A stretch of DNA of 64,000 bases from Euprymna scolopes. Taxonomy: Eukaryota. Shown piece after piece: positions 53,119-64,000 of the stretch. Below the pieces are notes generated by a model. That model searched no databases. It saw only the letters and a program-made list of their open reading frames with translations, and was not told the DNA's origin. Location: assembly GCA_053919585.1 (NCBI GenBank), contig CM132796.1; one strand, given 5' to 3'. Position 1 is the stretch's first letter. The number at the start of each line of letters is the position of its first letter. The position numbers and the translations under genes are program-made.

Positions 53119-55432
53119 GATATTAAATCTTTTATTCATGTTAAAAATACAGTCAAAATCAACAATGAACAAAAAACTTAGGCAAATGGCCAACTCAAAG
53201 GGGGGTATTGTGGGGGTCGTTGGTCGTCCTTGTCACTCCAGAACTAAGCAAAATCAAAAGTTTCTCCCAGCTAGTATCTTCTTTCACCATAATACCGCAT
53301 TCACCCTTTCATATTGGGGGGCGTCCTACTTAACTCCCAGTTTTTAAAACATTTTTTATTGACATGTAAAAGCAAAAAAAGATAACAATAAAATGGTACA
53401 ATAATTCATTTGTGTCGAGGGCGGGGGGAAGAAAAAACAAAAGGTGATTAGTAGGACCCTCCCAACCCCGTCTAGTTGATAGACTGCCCGTTCCACTAGG
53501 TTTGTAAAAGGTGGGGATGCCCTCTAGATGGGGGTGAATGGAGAAAAGAAAATTTTTGTGGGTAAGGGATGGGGGTTAGTTTGTATTTCTATCTCTCAAA
53601 GATGGGTGAAATTTAGAGGAAGGGATTAAAACAAAAATTGCAAGTAAGAGGGGGTGGGGATCTTGGAGGCTTCCTAATCGGGTAGAGATGGAACACACAC
53701 TCAACTAGCTGAGAGGCTACTTGTTTAATTTTACTTTATGGAACTGCGTGTTCCACACCTAGGTGGGGAACACGTATTCAAATTTGGCTCCTCTTCATAC
53801 ACACAGACTTGCTACCTATATCCATCTTCTGTCAAATGCAGCGCGATGCAGCCTTCTTCTATCACATCTGATTTTCATCCGTAGTTAGTGTTTAAAGAAA
53901 GCAATCAGATCCTGATCAGAAAAAGACAACACCGGAAACCTTGCCGACGCAATGTCCAAATCACCGTTCTTGCCACGGCCGGGATCATAACGTAGACCAT
54001 TTATCTTTCCCGGTCCAACGGTGGCCTCACGTTGTCCATGACATTGGATACAGTAATTGGGCGAGGATGCTCAGGATCGATGCGAGCCGTCACTTCACTG
54101 ACCAGTACTGGCGGAGTTTGTGGCAATCGAAGAAAGTGTGATCAGTAGTTTCTACAGCTGTTGTCCCACAACGGGGACAATCAGGCGACTCCAAAAACCC
54201 GGAACTGCATTGTATGTTGTTGAGTGGAAGTGCATTTCGGGCCAATCGCCAGGTCAGAGAGAATTCCGAATTGTTCAGATGACTCGAACGTGGCACCCAG
54301 CTCCATGCGGAGCGGATCTCACTCTGCTGCCAACCTAAATGCGCGCATAATGGGTCGTCGGTGGTCTCCTACACTAGATCCCTGTGGAGTTCCCCACGGG
54401 TAGCAGTCACAAGGTTGCTGGACCTTGGTAGTCGTTTTAGCACGGTTCGGCACTCTTTCATGTAGGTAGAGTTTCCCCATGGCCTACGACGGCTCTCAAT
54501 AGAAGGGTCGAGAATGAGGTCGGGGAAGGCGGCAGTAACCACGGGGTGCCACGGTTGGTCATCTTGCATATAGTGGCTGAGGAAGGCCAGCCTCTCAGCA
54601 TCTCGATGACACTTCAAGTCCGGCATTCCCAATGCTCCCTCACACGGACGTTGAATACAGATCTGTCTGCTCACCCAGTATCTTCCTCTGTCCCAAAGAA
54701 GCGAGGACAAGAGTTCGACAAGAGCTGTTAGGCGTTGTGCAGGCAGGGGAAGTACGGCCAGTCAGTAAAGGATGAGAGGAAAGACGTAAGTGGCGCACAC
54801 CTCAGCTCTACCCTTTAAGGAAAGTTTCCTAGGAAGCCACGAATTGACTGCAGCCTCCACCTTTGACCGTACCTTCAACCAATTCTTGTCAAGCTGGAAA
54901 CCCGGTCCGAACCACATACAGAGGATCCGGACAGGGCCATCTATCCAGCTGAAGGGCGCTGGGAGGTTTGTGTTGCCACTCCAGGCACCCAACTGCAGTC
55001 CTACCGACTTGCTGCGGTTTATCTTGGCCCCCATGATTCTTTCGTACTGTGCAAGTGCCTCCGACATGATCTCAGTGTCTCTGAAGCCCGACATGAAGAC
55101 CGTGACATCATCGGCGAATGCGGATACCTTGGCGGCTGAGCCGCCAGGTAGAGCCATTCCGCGCAGGGCCGAATTTGCCTCCCCATGTCTCAGCTTGCGG
55201 AGCAGAGGCTCCAAGGCCAGGACATAAAGCAGGGGTGACAGCGGACAACCTTGACGAACCGACCAAGAGATAACAAACGGTTTCGAGCGCTTTCTGTTGA
55301 CTTGCACGACAGCCGTGGGCTGTTGATACATTATGGAGATCCACTTGCAAAAGTCCGGTTTAAAACCGGCGGCCTCTAAGACAGATGCCAGGAAACGATG
55401 ATTGACCCTATCGAAAGCTTTGAACTAATCAA
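53119..55432 (-). mobile_element. 5'-truncated Tx1/L1-clade LINE (copy A), ORF2 pseudogene (RT, C-terminal zinc finger) and 3' UTR
   Basis: Motifs KAFDRVNH, VRQGCPLSPLLY, SAFADDV, GAKINRSKS, LSLKGRA and CPRC..ET.DH.FFDC. In-frame stops and frameshifts. ORF2 stop at ~53759. Confidence 0.92.
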
Positions 55433-56500
55433 CACAACCGTTTGAAAGACTCAATCTTGATTTTAAAGGATTGCTACCAAGCAAAACAAAGAACCGATAT
55501 ATATTAACTGTTGTCGATGAATATTCACGGTTTTCTTTTGTCTTTCCCTGCTCAAACATATCGACTATTGCAATTATACAATGCCTCTGTTCACTATTTG
55601 CTGTCTTTGGAGTTCATTATATATATTCAGACTGAGTGGCTTCTTTCATTTCAGAGCAGCTTTGACAATTTCTACAGGTATGAGGAGTAGCTATAAGCCA
55701 GACAACTCCCTACAACCCTAAGGGTAACAGCCAATGTGAAATATAATGGCATTATTTGGAAGACTGTTCAATTAGCTGCATCAAATAATGGATGTTCGGT
55801 TGATAATTGGGAAAATCTCCTGCCTGTTGCATTATACGCCATTTGATCCCTATTGTGTACTGCCACGAATGCCATCACACATGAAAGCTTTTTACCTTTT
55901 CAACGATGGAGTTTGGCAAGAGATTTGCTTCCATCTTGGCTTTCTCAATCCAGTTCTGTGTTTTAGAGATGACATGCATGTTACACCAAATATGATCCCC
56001 TGGCAAACCAGCAGTACGCTCTAGTACGACTTGCAGATGATAGAGAGTCTAATGTGTCTCTCAGAGACCTAGCACTTACCAGAGATGTACCAGGACCATG
56101 AACAATTCCTGAGGACAGACCAATTCCCCCTGAGATTGAAGCTGCTCTGGAAGATCATGGCACTAAAATTGCTCCTTACATGTCATCTAATGACACTGTC
56201 TCCGTTGGGGCTCTGTCACACACTTCAGATGAGTCAACACCTGAATCCCTGACAGATGAAGGACTAGCACCGAAAAAATGTGTTCATCCAGAGACTGACT
56301 CTGATGTGGAACGGTCTGCTCTTCTGAGAAGGAAACATTTCAGAGCAAGGTATTTTAGAGCCCACAGACAGACTTGCACTGAAAAGCCTCCCTGTTTGAG
56401 TACTCTGACCCCGAATCATGGACTGCTGAGGCAGCCACTGCAAGCACGGACATTTAAGGAACTTTCTTACCTATGAGTGAGAAATTTGGTGGGGGGAGAA
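55433..56500 (+). mobile_element. Gypsy/Ty3 LTR retrotransposon remnant: degenerate integrase, 3' internal region and polypurine tract
   Basis: Manual translation from 55433 gives TQPFERLNLDFKG..YILTVVDEYSRF..SD..F.S..TTPYNPKGNSQCE (rve DDE core) with stops. PPT GGTGGGGGGAGAA at 56488-56500. Confidence 0.88.
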
Positions 56501-56672
56501 TGTTGTAAATATGGATTATCTCCTCTTTGATAATCCAACCTATAAAAGCTGTACATCTCCGCTTGTCAAGTAGACTAGTAGTAAGATTCTTAATTGAATA
56601 AAAGATTACTAGACGGAATCTCTTGTCCTGTTTTCATTAGTGTGCATGTGTGTATTGTGCTAGTACGTGACA
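56501..56672 (+). mobile_element. Putative 3' LTR of the Gypsy remnant
   Basis: TGTTG start directly after the PPT. TATAAAA at 56541 and AATAAA at ~56597. CA end at 56672 is tentative. Confidence 0.65.
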
Positions 56673-57537
56673 TTGTATGAAACATTATGTACAAATAAGC
56701 TCAATAGTTAATGTAAGCAATGTGTGTACATGCCTCTCATGCTTGTTGTATGTAAGCAAAAAAGTTTGTCAGTAGAGATATATGTATGAGTTTATCAGCA
56801 GTAGGAGTAGTTTTAGTTGTTTACTGATTACTGTTTAATGTTGGTGATGCTGAAGACTGAATTTCACAAAGTCATGGCAAAATATTGCAGTAGAAAGATT
56901 TTATACTGATATCTATTGTATAACTGAATGTTGTGTATATTTAAGTTCTTTAAATATATTACCAGGATAAGATGATAAAAAAGATGATTTTTATTCTGTG
57001 ACTAGGTAATATATTTCAAAGTAATCTCTAGTACTGAAATAATTGCACTATCCATACCAAAAGAGGCACTCCTTGATATTTACTAAACATATTTTATATA
57101 ACGAGGAAGATGACTAGCCAGCCAACAAGTTTTTCTGTAAGACTTTCATAATAGCTGCACTGCATGACACTGAATTGATATCATCATGTACATAAGGACG
57201 TATACATATAGAGGATGGAAATCACAAGTTATGGAAAAGGCAATGGTGCATAGAGATCAGGTAATGCTTTCATGATATCCGGAGCCAATTCCTTCTTTGT
57301 ATGCCCCAAATACTCAACTATAAGTCCTAGTACTGAGAAATATTTGAAAAAAGGAGTTGTATTTTCTCCCCCATTTGGATGTATGGGGGGGGGACTGCCC
57401 CATAAGCTCTTCTCTGCATGCCACTTGGAAAAGGCAACTCATCTAGGAGAAGGTCGATTATGAATCCAAACTTGGATTGACCAGTGAATCTTAATTGTGG
57501 TAAAAGAGATTGAAACTTGAAATAAAGACCTGCAGTC

Positions 57538-57618
57538 ATTTTAGTGTCAATAAGATCGATTTTAGTGTTCAATAAGATCGATTTTAGTGTTCAATAAGAT
57601 CGATTTTAGTGTTCAATA
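57538..57618. repeat. 22-bp minisatellite (CAATAAGATCGATTTTAGTGTT) x3.6
   Basis: Three perfect copies at 57548-57613 plus partial flanks. Confidence 0.95.
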
Positions 57619-57762
57619 TGGATTTGCCTTGGTGTGGATTTAATAATGTGCAAAATCTCATTAGGTAGAATTTGAATGAGAGCTACATGTCTCTGCAATG
57701 ACGTCATTGGTCTTTATGTAGCGAATGAGCATGGAAGATATATTTTTTTTCACTGAATCATT

Positions 57763-57947
57763 ACTAGGGCTAAGACAACAGCATATTCTTTTCATGGTTT
57801 TGACTCTCGAGTGTGTATCCGTTGATATCTTGTATGCTTTTATATAAAGTCGTGTGGCTATCGGTTGATTAACTGTGTCTAACTGTATCGGATATATACT
57901 CGAGAGTCAAAACAATGAAAAGAATATTCTTTTTTCATAGCCCTAGT
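57763..57947. mobile_element. MITE with ~59-bp imperfect terminal inverted repeats
   Basis: ACTAGGGCTA....ATATTCTTTTCAT.GTTTTGACTCTCGAGT.T.TATCCG is mirrored at 57889-57947. TSD ambiguous (TTA or TA). Confidence 0.8.
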
Positions 57948-58828
57948 TATTAAAGAGAGCAATCAAGCTTTTGGATAGTTGCTCTCCCTATGGGGTAGGG
58001 ATCAGGTCGTTTTATATGTAAAGAAAGAGTGTGAATCCAAAGAGATTTTTAAAAGCCCAAATGCATTTGTAATGTTTTTTCTGTTAACAACATTTATCAA
58101 AGCTGCTATTGAGAAAAAGATGTCTACAATGAGAGAAGATGAAAACTTCAGCTGCGACTAGAGAAATTCAACCAGCTGATTCTGTCGATAAAGTGGATGC
58201 ACTGTGGACATTGAAGAACACCACAGCCACACAGGTACTAGTTGCAGTTGCAACGCTACAATCCTGTATTTAGTTGATTGTTGTATTTGAATACAAGATT
58301 AGTCAACCATGAGAGACATTTGCAGTAAGACGATTCCAATTTCATTTAAAAATAATTTTTCATAAATATAATATGATCGCTATTCTTGAAAATATCGAAA
58401 TTTTAAAATATAAAATAGTGGTTGAATTGACGAAGTAGAAGGGGGAGATAGAAGTTTATAGCTAAAAGTGACTCGTTCAGTTAATAATAAATAATGGCTA
58501 ATGAGATCAATTAAAACATTCTTTTCAAACATAACTCAATTCCAGAACTAAAGGGTATTTTAGCATGTATCTTGTGTTATTAAAGTATAAAGAAATGACC
58601 ATAAGGGAAAAGATTGATTAACTCACATTTAATAATAGATAAACATAATAGGAGTAGGGTTATCATGATGCCAGAATTTTGACATAGATATGATATTACT
58701 ATAAAAATATATTTGATACTATTTTCTGTATCATCTGAAATAAACATCTTATGATAGCACCAAAGTTAATGATCCATAAGGTGCATATTAGAGATGTTTA
58801 AACTAGGAAAAAGAAGAAAAAGAATAAG

Positions 58829-58833
<5 letters not shown>

Positions 58834-58899
<66 letters not shown>

Positions 58900-58900
58900 G
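58834..58900. repeat. Compound (GA)n(GACA)n microsatellite
   Basis: Read directly. Confidence 0.97.
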
Positions 58901-59998
58901 GAATAGATAGAGATGGAGACTGCAAAAAATAAAAAGAACATAGTGAAACAGCTAGGTCATAATTCGGTCAGGAAAGGAAGCTAAACAAAAAAAAAACTGA
59001 GTAACAAAAATTACAAAACACAGAAAACAAAAAAAAAAGAGAGAAAATAAAAGAAAGAGAAGAAAATGAAATATTAAGTTATGCAAAATCTATATAATTT
59101 CATTTTATGATTTCGCAGCTTTATCCAACTTCAGAATCAAATCTATAAATATTTAAATGCTACATATTTTATTGTTTTAAAAGTCATGGATATCCAAAAA
59201 TATAAAACTTTGGGAATTCTTATCATAGATCTCTTAAATATTTATCATTCAAAAATCATGCTCTTTGAAAACTACATGTGTGGGGGGTAAAAAGTTAGGC
59301 TGTGTACAGACACTCACCCAGTAGGAAGTAAATAGGACCTATCCCAATCTAGCCAAAGTAGAGGTAGGAAAGCAGTTAAGGTAAACATCCTTCTCTTTTT
59401 ACCTACAAAGAATAAACCAATTTATTTAACCATCCTGCATATTTAACTGCTCATGAAGATCCAAGGTACAATAAGTCAATTGTGTCTTCTATTTCCTCCT
59501 TTCAAATAAACTATCCTTTAGCTGTAGAATGGACCTGTTTTATATAGATGCACTGAAGCATAGCCAAAAACGTTAAAGGGTTTAATGTTTTTGCTATGCT
59601 TGTGAAATAAATTATTTTAAATAGTCATAAAAAATATTTCCTTACTGAAAAAGCTGTTCACAAAAAGCAAGAAATCAAAAAGAAGCCACCCATCAAAGAT
59701 ATACCGAGTGACACCGGTCAATATCAGGATTTTAAATTTTTTAACTCCTCTCCAAATTTCAACTGACGAGGATTAAACAATTTATTTATCTATCCACGAT
59801 GCAGTGAAGTTATTTTAGTTTTCAATTATTATTTATTTGCATATCTTTTATATTTACTTAGATAAAAAAATAAATAAAATTTTAGTTATAAAGGAGATAA
59901 CTCTTTTTACATCTGCAATTAAAAATTGCTGATTTTGATTTGTGGTTCAGAATTGAAAACTATTCTCATATTATCTGCTGTTTGGGCGAGATTGCACG

Positions 59999-60103
59999 AA
60001 AAAAAAACAACAAAAACAAACAAAAACAAACAAACAAACAAACAAACAAACAAAAAACAAGCAAAAAAACAAAACAAAAACAAACCAAAAACAAATAAAC
60101 AAA
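59999..60103. repeat. A-rich (AAAC)n-like low-complexity tract
   Basis: Read directly. Confidence 0.9.
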
Positions 60104-61308
60104 TGTAGTATGCCAATAACATGGTACAACAATAACAAATGGAAATTAGTCAGAATCAAAGTTTGATGTATCAGCTTAAATGCTATTTAGGAGCAACTTT
60201 TAAATCTAAAAAAAAATAACTTCATATGTAAGATATACAGACTATGCTCAGTAAGAATACTTATTCAACACAGCCTTATATAAGGTAAGCTTGAAAATTT
60301 TGTTTTGTTTTTCTAATTATTGGAAGTGAACTGTTGAAAGTTCAATAGACAGTGTTGAATAAGTAGTGATAGTTCCACTGATTGGTCGTTGGTTAATTTC
60401 TATTCCAAATCCTACAACTATTCATTCTAATTTCATTTCATTTGAAAATTCATGAACTAAAATAAAGTTTGAATAACTAAAATAATAAATGTCTTGACTT
60501 CTTTCTTATTATTCCTTACTTACTAGACTTGTGTGCATGTGAGAGTTAAGTCACATGGAAATAAATTTCCACCATAATAGTCTTATGTTCATCTTTCAGA
60601 TGTCAGGAGCAGTATGACAGTTTCAACCAATATCTGGTCAGCACATCTTTCCATCTTTATTCCACAAAACCTTCTTGATTTTTTTGACATAGCTAGAGTC
60701 CAGTAGCCAGAGTACATGTCCAAACTACGTTGATTTCATTTTTCAACTAATGCCGTTGATGGATCTGTTAAATGGATTAAGCCTCTTTTCGATATTTGTA
60801 TTCCTTAGTCTATCTCACAAAATTACTTCAAGGATAACTCTTATACATTATTAATTATTTGAATCGTTTGCATGACTATGACGATGCAGTTTAATTACTT
60901 TTATTATCATTAATTAATTTTACTTATATGAATATCTCCAGATATATATGAATATCTCCAGATACGTGTGAAAAATATTGCGGTCGCCTCATGTCATTGA
61001 GTTTAAACTTTGGAGCGTTAAATGCACAAAGAATATTGAGTGAATGTGGAGAAAAGCGCCAACAAATACAAATTGGATCTCACAGCGATTAAACACTTCG
61101 ACCAGTGAAAAAGAAGGTGGGAAAGACTCTAACAACATGGCTTAAATTTATCGAGAAGATTCCCTCACGCACGATACATATCAACATCTATGGTGAAACT
61201 CTAAACCAAACAATTGCAAGACTTGAACATACAACTGAGAATAAAAAGGTTTGGACAACTATTAAGATCATTGAAAGCAGTCAATCAAGATGTGAAAATG
61301 ACGTAAAT

Positions 61309-61384
61309 ATTTCATTACAAGTACATTTCATTACAAATACATTTCATTACAAATACATTTCATTACAAATACATTTCATTATAA
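61309..61384. repeat. 16-bp minisatellite (ATTTCATTACAAATAC) x~4.7
   Basis: Read directly. Confidence 0.93.
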
Positions 61385-61385
61385 A

Positions 61386-61445
61386 CAGTGACGTAGTAAC
61401 TGTTTTTGCTGCCCGGGGCGGTCGTAAGATTTGCCCCCCCCCACT
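61386..61445 (+). mobile_element. Possible hAT-type non-autonomous transposon terminus
   Basis: CAGTGACGTAG start followed by GC-rich GCTGCCCGGGGCGG..TTGCCCCCCCC in an AT-rich context. The other end was not found. Confidence 0.3.
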
Positions 61446-61932
61446 TGCTGGCATTTGATGATCTGTTAACCTTCAAAATTCCGAAAAGCCCTCAAAATAT
61501 TTATTTTCATGGAACTACAATCAAGGATCTAATTTTGGACTGCTGCTATTAATCCTAGACTTTCATTTTATTACGGTACTCCTATACGTATTGTTAGAAT
61601 TTTCTGATAATAACTTTTTTTTTTTTATTAAAGTGACTTTTTGTTTATTTGCATATCTCCTCTCGTGTGATCTTGCCGTTTGCTTTTTCTTTATTTTCTT
61701 ATTTGAATACATGTTTTTATTATTTTTATTTTATTAATGTGCATTCCTGGCCACTTGCCGCATTTGTCGTTTTAAAATTCAGTTGAATAAATTGAAAAAA
61801 AGGTATTTCTGCTTGCGTCTTTATTACATTACACAGATACAGCCGTCGTCAAAGAAAATCAAAGATTTTTCAAAAAAAAAAGGTATTATTCAAATCATTG
61901 AAAATATTGTTAACAAAATATAATAATAAAAC

Positions 61933-62077
61933 TGTAAGGTTTCCGAGTCGACTATCGTCGTAGTCGTCGTTCTTCCCCCGGTGCGTGCGTACGTGCGTGC
62001 TCTATATATACTACTAATCAGACGACGGTGTCACTCTTTTGTGTGTCCCGTCTTAATGGTCGTTCCTATTCTCTACA
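61933..62077 (-). mobile_element. 3' LTR (145 bp) of a Gypsy element
   Basis: Minus strand TGTAGAG...CCTTACA (TGTA/TACA termini), immediately preceded by PPT GGTGGGGGGAGGGCA (62078-62092). TATATATA box inside. Confidence 0.8.
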
Positions 62078-62103
62078 TGCCCTCCCCCCACCATGTGACC
62101 ACA

Positions 62104-64000
62104 CTACCGTCGTTTTGTGGTCATGTGACTGGAGAATTCCGTGTAGTAGTGAGTTGGTCCTTGCATTTGAGGGGAAAGTGGCCTTGGTGATCGTGTTACC
62201 CTCATGCTGCGTCGTGGGACCGGACTCGTCTGCATTGGCTTGTGGTTGATCGGATCTTGGTCCACCTCCATATCTGTTTCTGATGTGTCACAATCAGCTT
62301 CTTCCACCTCCATCATCTCATGCATGTTGCACGGTGGTTTGCTGTCCTCCCTTCTTGGTGTTTGGGGAGGTGGTTGATGGGGTTGTTGAGTGGGTGGATA
62401 CTCCGGTGTATCCATGACCGGTTTGATTTTCCTGAGGAAACGGCGATTGCGTAATGTGATCCTGCCGCTACCATCCAACCGTATCCTGTACTGCCTGTTA
62501 CCCATTATCTCGACGACTCTCCCAGTTTTCGCCCATCGTCGTGGATTTGGTCCCTCCTGATTCTGCACCTGCACAGACTCGCCGACTCGGAGCTGTTGAA
62601 GGGGGCGGCTGTGTATGTCGTACTGTTCTTTGTTAAGTACGTGCCTTTTCGCCATCGCCCTCTCTCTCTAATCTCTGGTCTCCGTCCAACGCTTGTGGAT
62701 GCAGTATTTTTTGCGAAGTGCGGGGAGATGGCCCCTTACTGTTCGACCATATAGTATTTCCGCCAGCGACAATCCAAGGTCCTGACTGGGCGTATTCCTA
62801 TGAGTCATCATCGCCCGTGCTGCCCGATCATGATGTAGGTGTCCGTAGCCATCAACGCAGTCCATCAGCATTCTTTTGGCCGTTTTTATGGCCAGTTCAG
62901 CTCGGCCATTACTCTGGGGGCAATGTGCAGATGATATGCGCCTTTTTACGCCCCAGTCTTCTAGGAACGATTTGTATTCTAGTGAATCGAATGGTAGCCC
63001 TCCATCGGATGATATTTCCTCCGGCGCACCATACGTGCAAAACCAAACCCTCAGGGCGTTACACACCGCTGCAGCCCTTCCTGATGGTAGTGGTGTGACC
63101 TCAATCCAACCGGTATATCGGTCCGCATATACCATGTAACTTTTCCCGTGCATATCTAGCAAGTCAGTGACTGTCTTTTGAAATGGGAATTCCGGGTTTA
63201 TGGGTGGCATTAGTGGTTCCCTAGGCTGGGATGGGGCGATCGAATTGCAACTCCGACATTGCACCCTTGTTTGTCGGATGCTGGCGTCTAAACCAGGCCA
63301 AAATAACCGTTGCCTGGCGTTAGCCAACATACCATTCGCCCCTTGATGGGCGGAGTGTAATGCCTCTAACACCTCGGCTCTAAGCCGTTTTGGTATCAAA
63401 ATTTTGTCCCCTTTTATGGGTACCCCTTCCAGACAATATAGTTGGTCTGCCATCGGCCAGAATTGCCGGATTTCTGGTGGTAGTTCGTGGCGTGACCTTG
63501 GGAACCCGTCTTGAATGTATGACGCCAACGTTCGGCACTCCTCATCGGTGGCTGCAGCTGCGACTATCCTATCCCAGGTGATCGCTCGGAACTTGGGGTC
63601 ATGTGCGTATGCAGCTATGATGGATGCTTGTATACTCCCCTCGATTTGCTGGGAAGTGTCAGTGCCCTTTAGTCTGCTGTGTCTTGACGGCGCCGGGTAT
63701 CGGGATGTGTAGTCCGGTGCTGCGTTGAGTTTCCCAGGAACATGCCTAATCTGGAACCTGTACATCAACGACCGCTCCTTGAATGAGAACAGGCGGGGAT
63801 TTTTTATATTCTCCAGGATCTGATCTGAGAAAATTTTCACTAGGGGCTGGTGGTCCACGGTGACCAATAGGTCTGGGGATCCCAGGATGAACATCCTACA
63901 AGACTCCAAGCCATAAATCAGCGCTAGAGCCTCCTCCTCTATAGGGGAATAACGAGATTCTACATCTTTCGTGAAGCGAGACCCGGCCAAAATCATCTTC
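62104..64000 (-). pseudogene. pol: Gypsy/Ty3 (probably Mag-like) pol: RNase H and integrase, one premature stop; continues beyond the window
   Basis: RNase H RYSPIEEEALAL..VDHQPL. Integrase zinc finger LHSAHQG..CRSC. DDE core ADRYTGW..SSDGG..SNGRAE. ORFs 62668..63996 and 62104..62655 are in frame, separated by a TAG. Confidence 0.95.

Noticed and set aside
57272-57572. Short ORFs as host exons
   Set aside because: No recognisable motif or supportable splice structure; would need BLASTX or RNA-seq.
59887-59920. TACATCTGCAA as a dispersed satellite monomer
   Set aside because: Only an 11-bp match, not distinguishable from chance.
59919-60159. ORFs over the AAAC tract, and 47762..48034 over (GA)n
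   Set aside because: Low-complexity translation artefacts.
62656-62670. Programmed stop-codon readthrough at the in-frame TAG in Gypsy pol
   Set aside because: It lies inside the integrase C-terminal region, not at a gag-pol boundary; a simple nonsense mutation is more likely.

Overview
Eukaryotic (animal) repeat-rich DNA with no recognisable host gene. A SINE resembling those of coleoid cephalopods suggests a mollusc, but this is inference. Bases 1-~40810 are a satellite array of a 24-bp monomer (ACATCTGCAAAAGTTTTGTAYATY) with two main subtypes and nested higher-order duplications. Nearly all long ORFs in the track are by-products of this repeat. The array is interrupted once, at 5221-5321, by a ~100-bp MITE-like element: terminal inverted repeats enclose six telomeric TTAGGG units, and there is an 8-9 bp target-site duplication. 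The right third is AT-rich and holds many transposon remnants: two non-autonomous Helitron-like copies, a SINE with a 12-bp TSD, palindromic MITEs, microsatellites and two Gypsy LTR remnants. The most notable structure is a 6.4-kb head-to-tail stack (49017-55432, minus strand) of three Tx1/L1-clade LINE pieces and five short SINE-like units. Fragments of the U2 snRNA 5' region sit at five of the junctions, which suggests a U2-targeting LINE with a U2-headed non-autonomous partner inserting into each other's heads.
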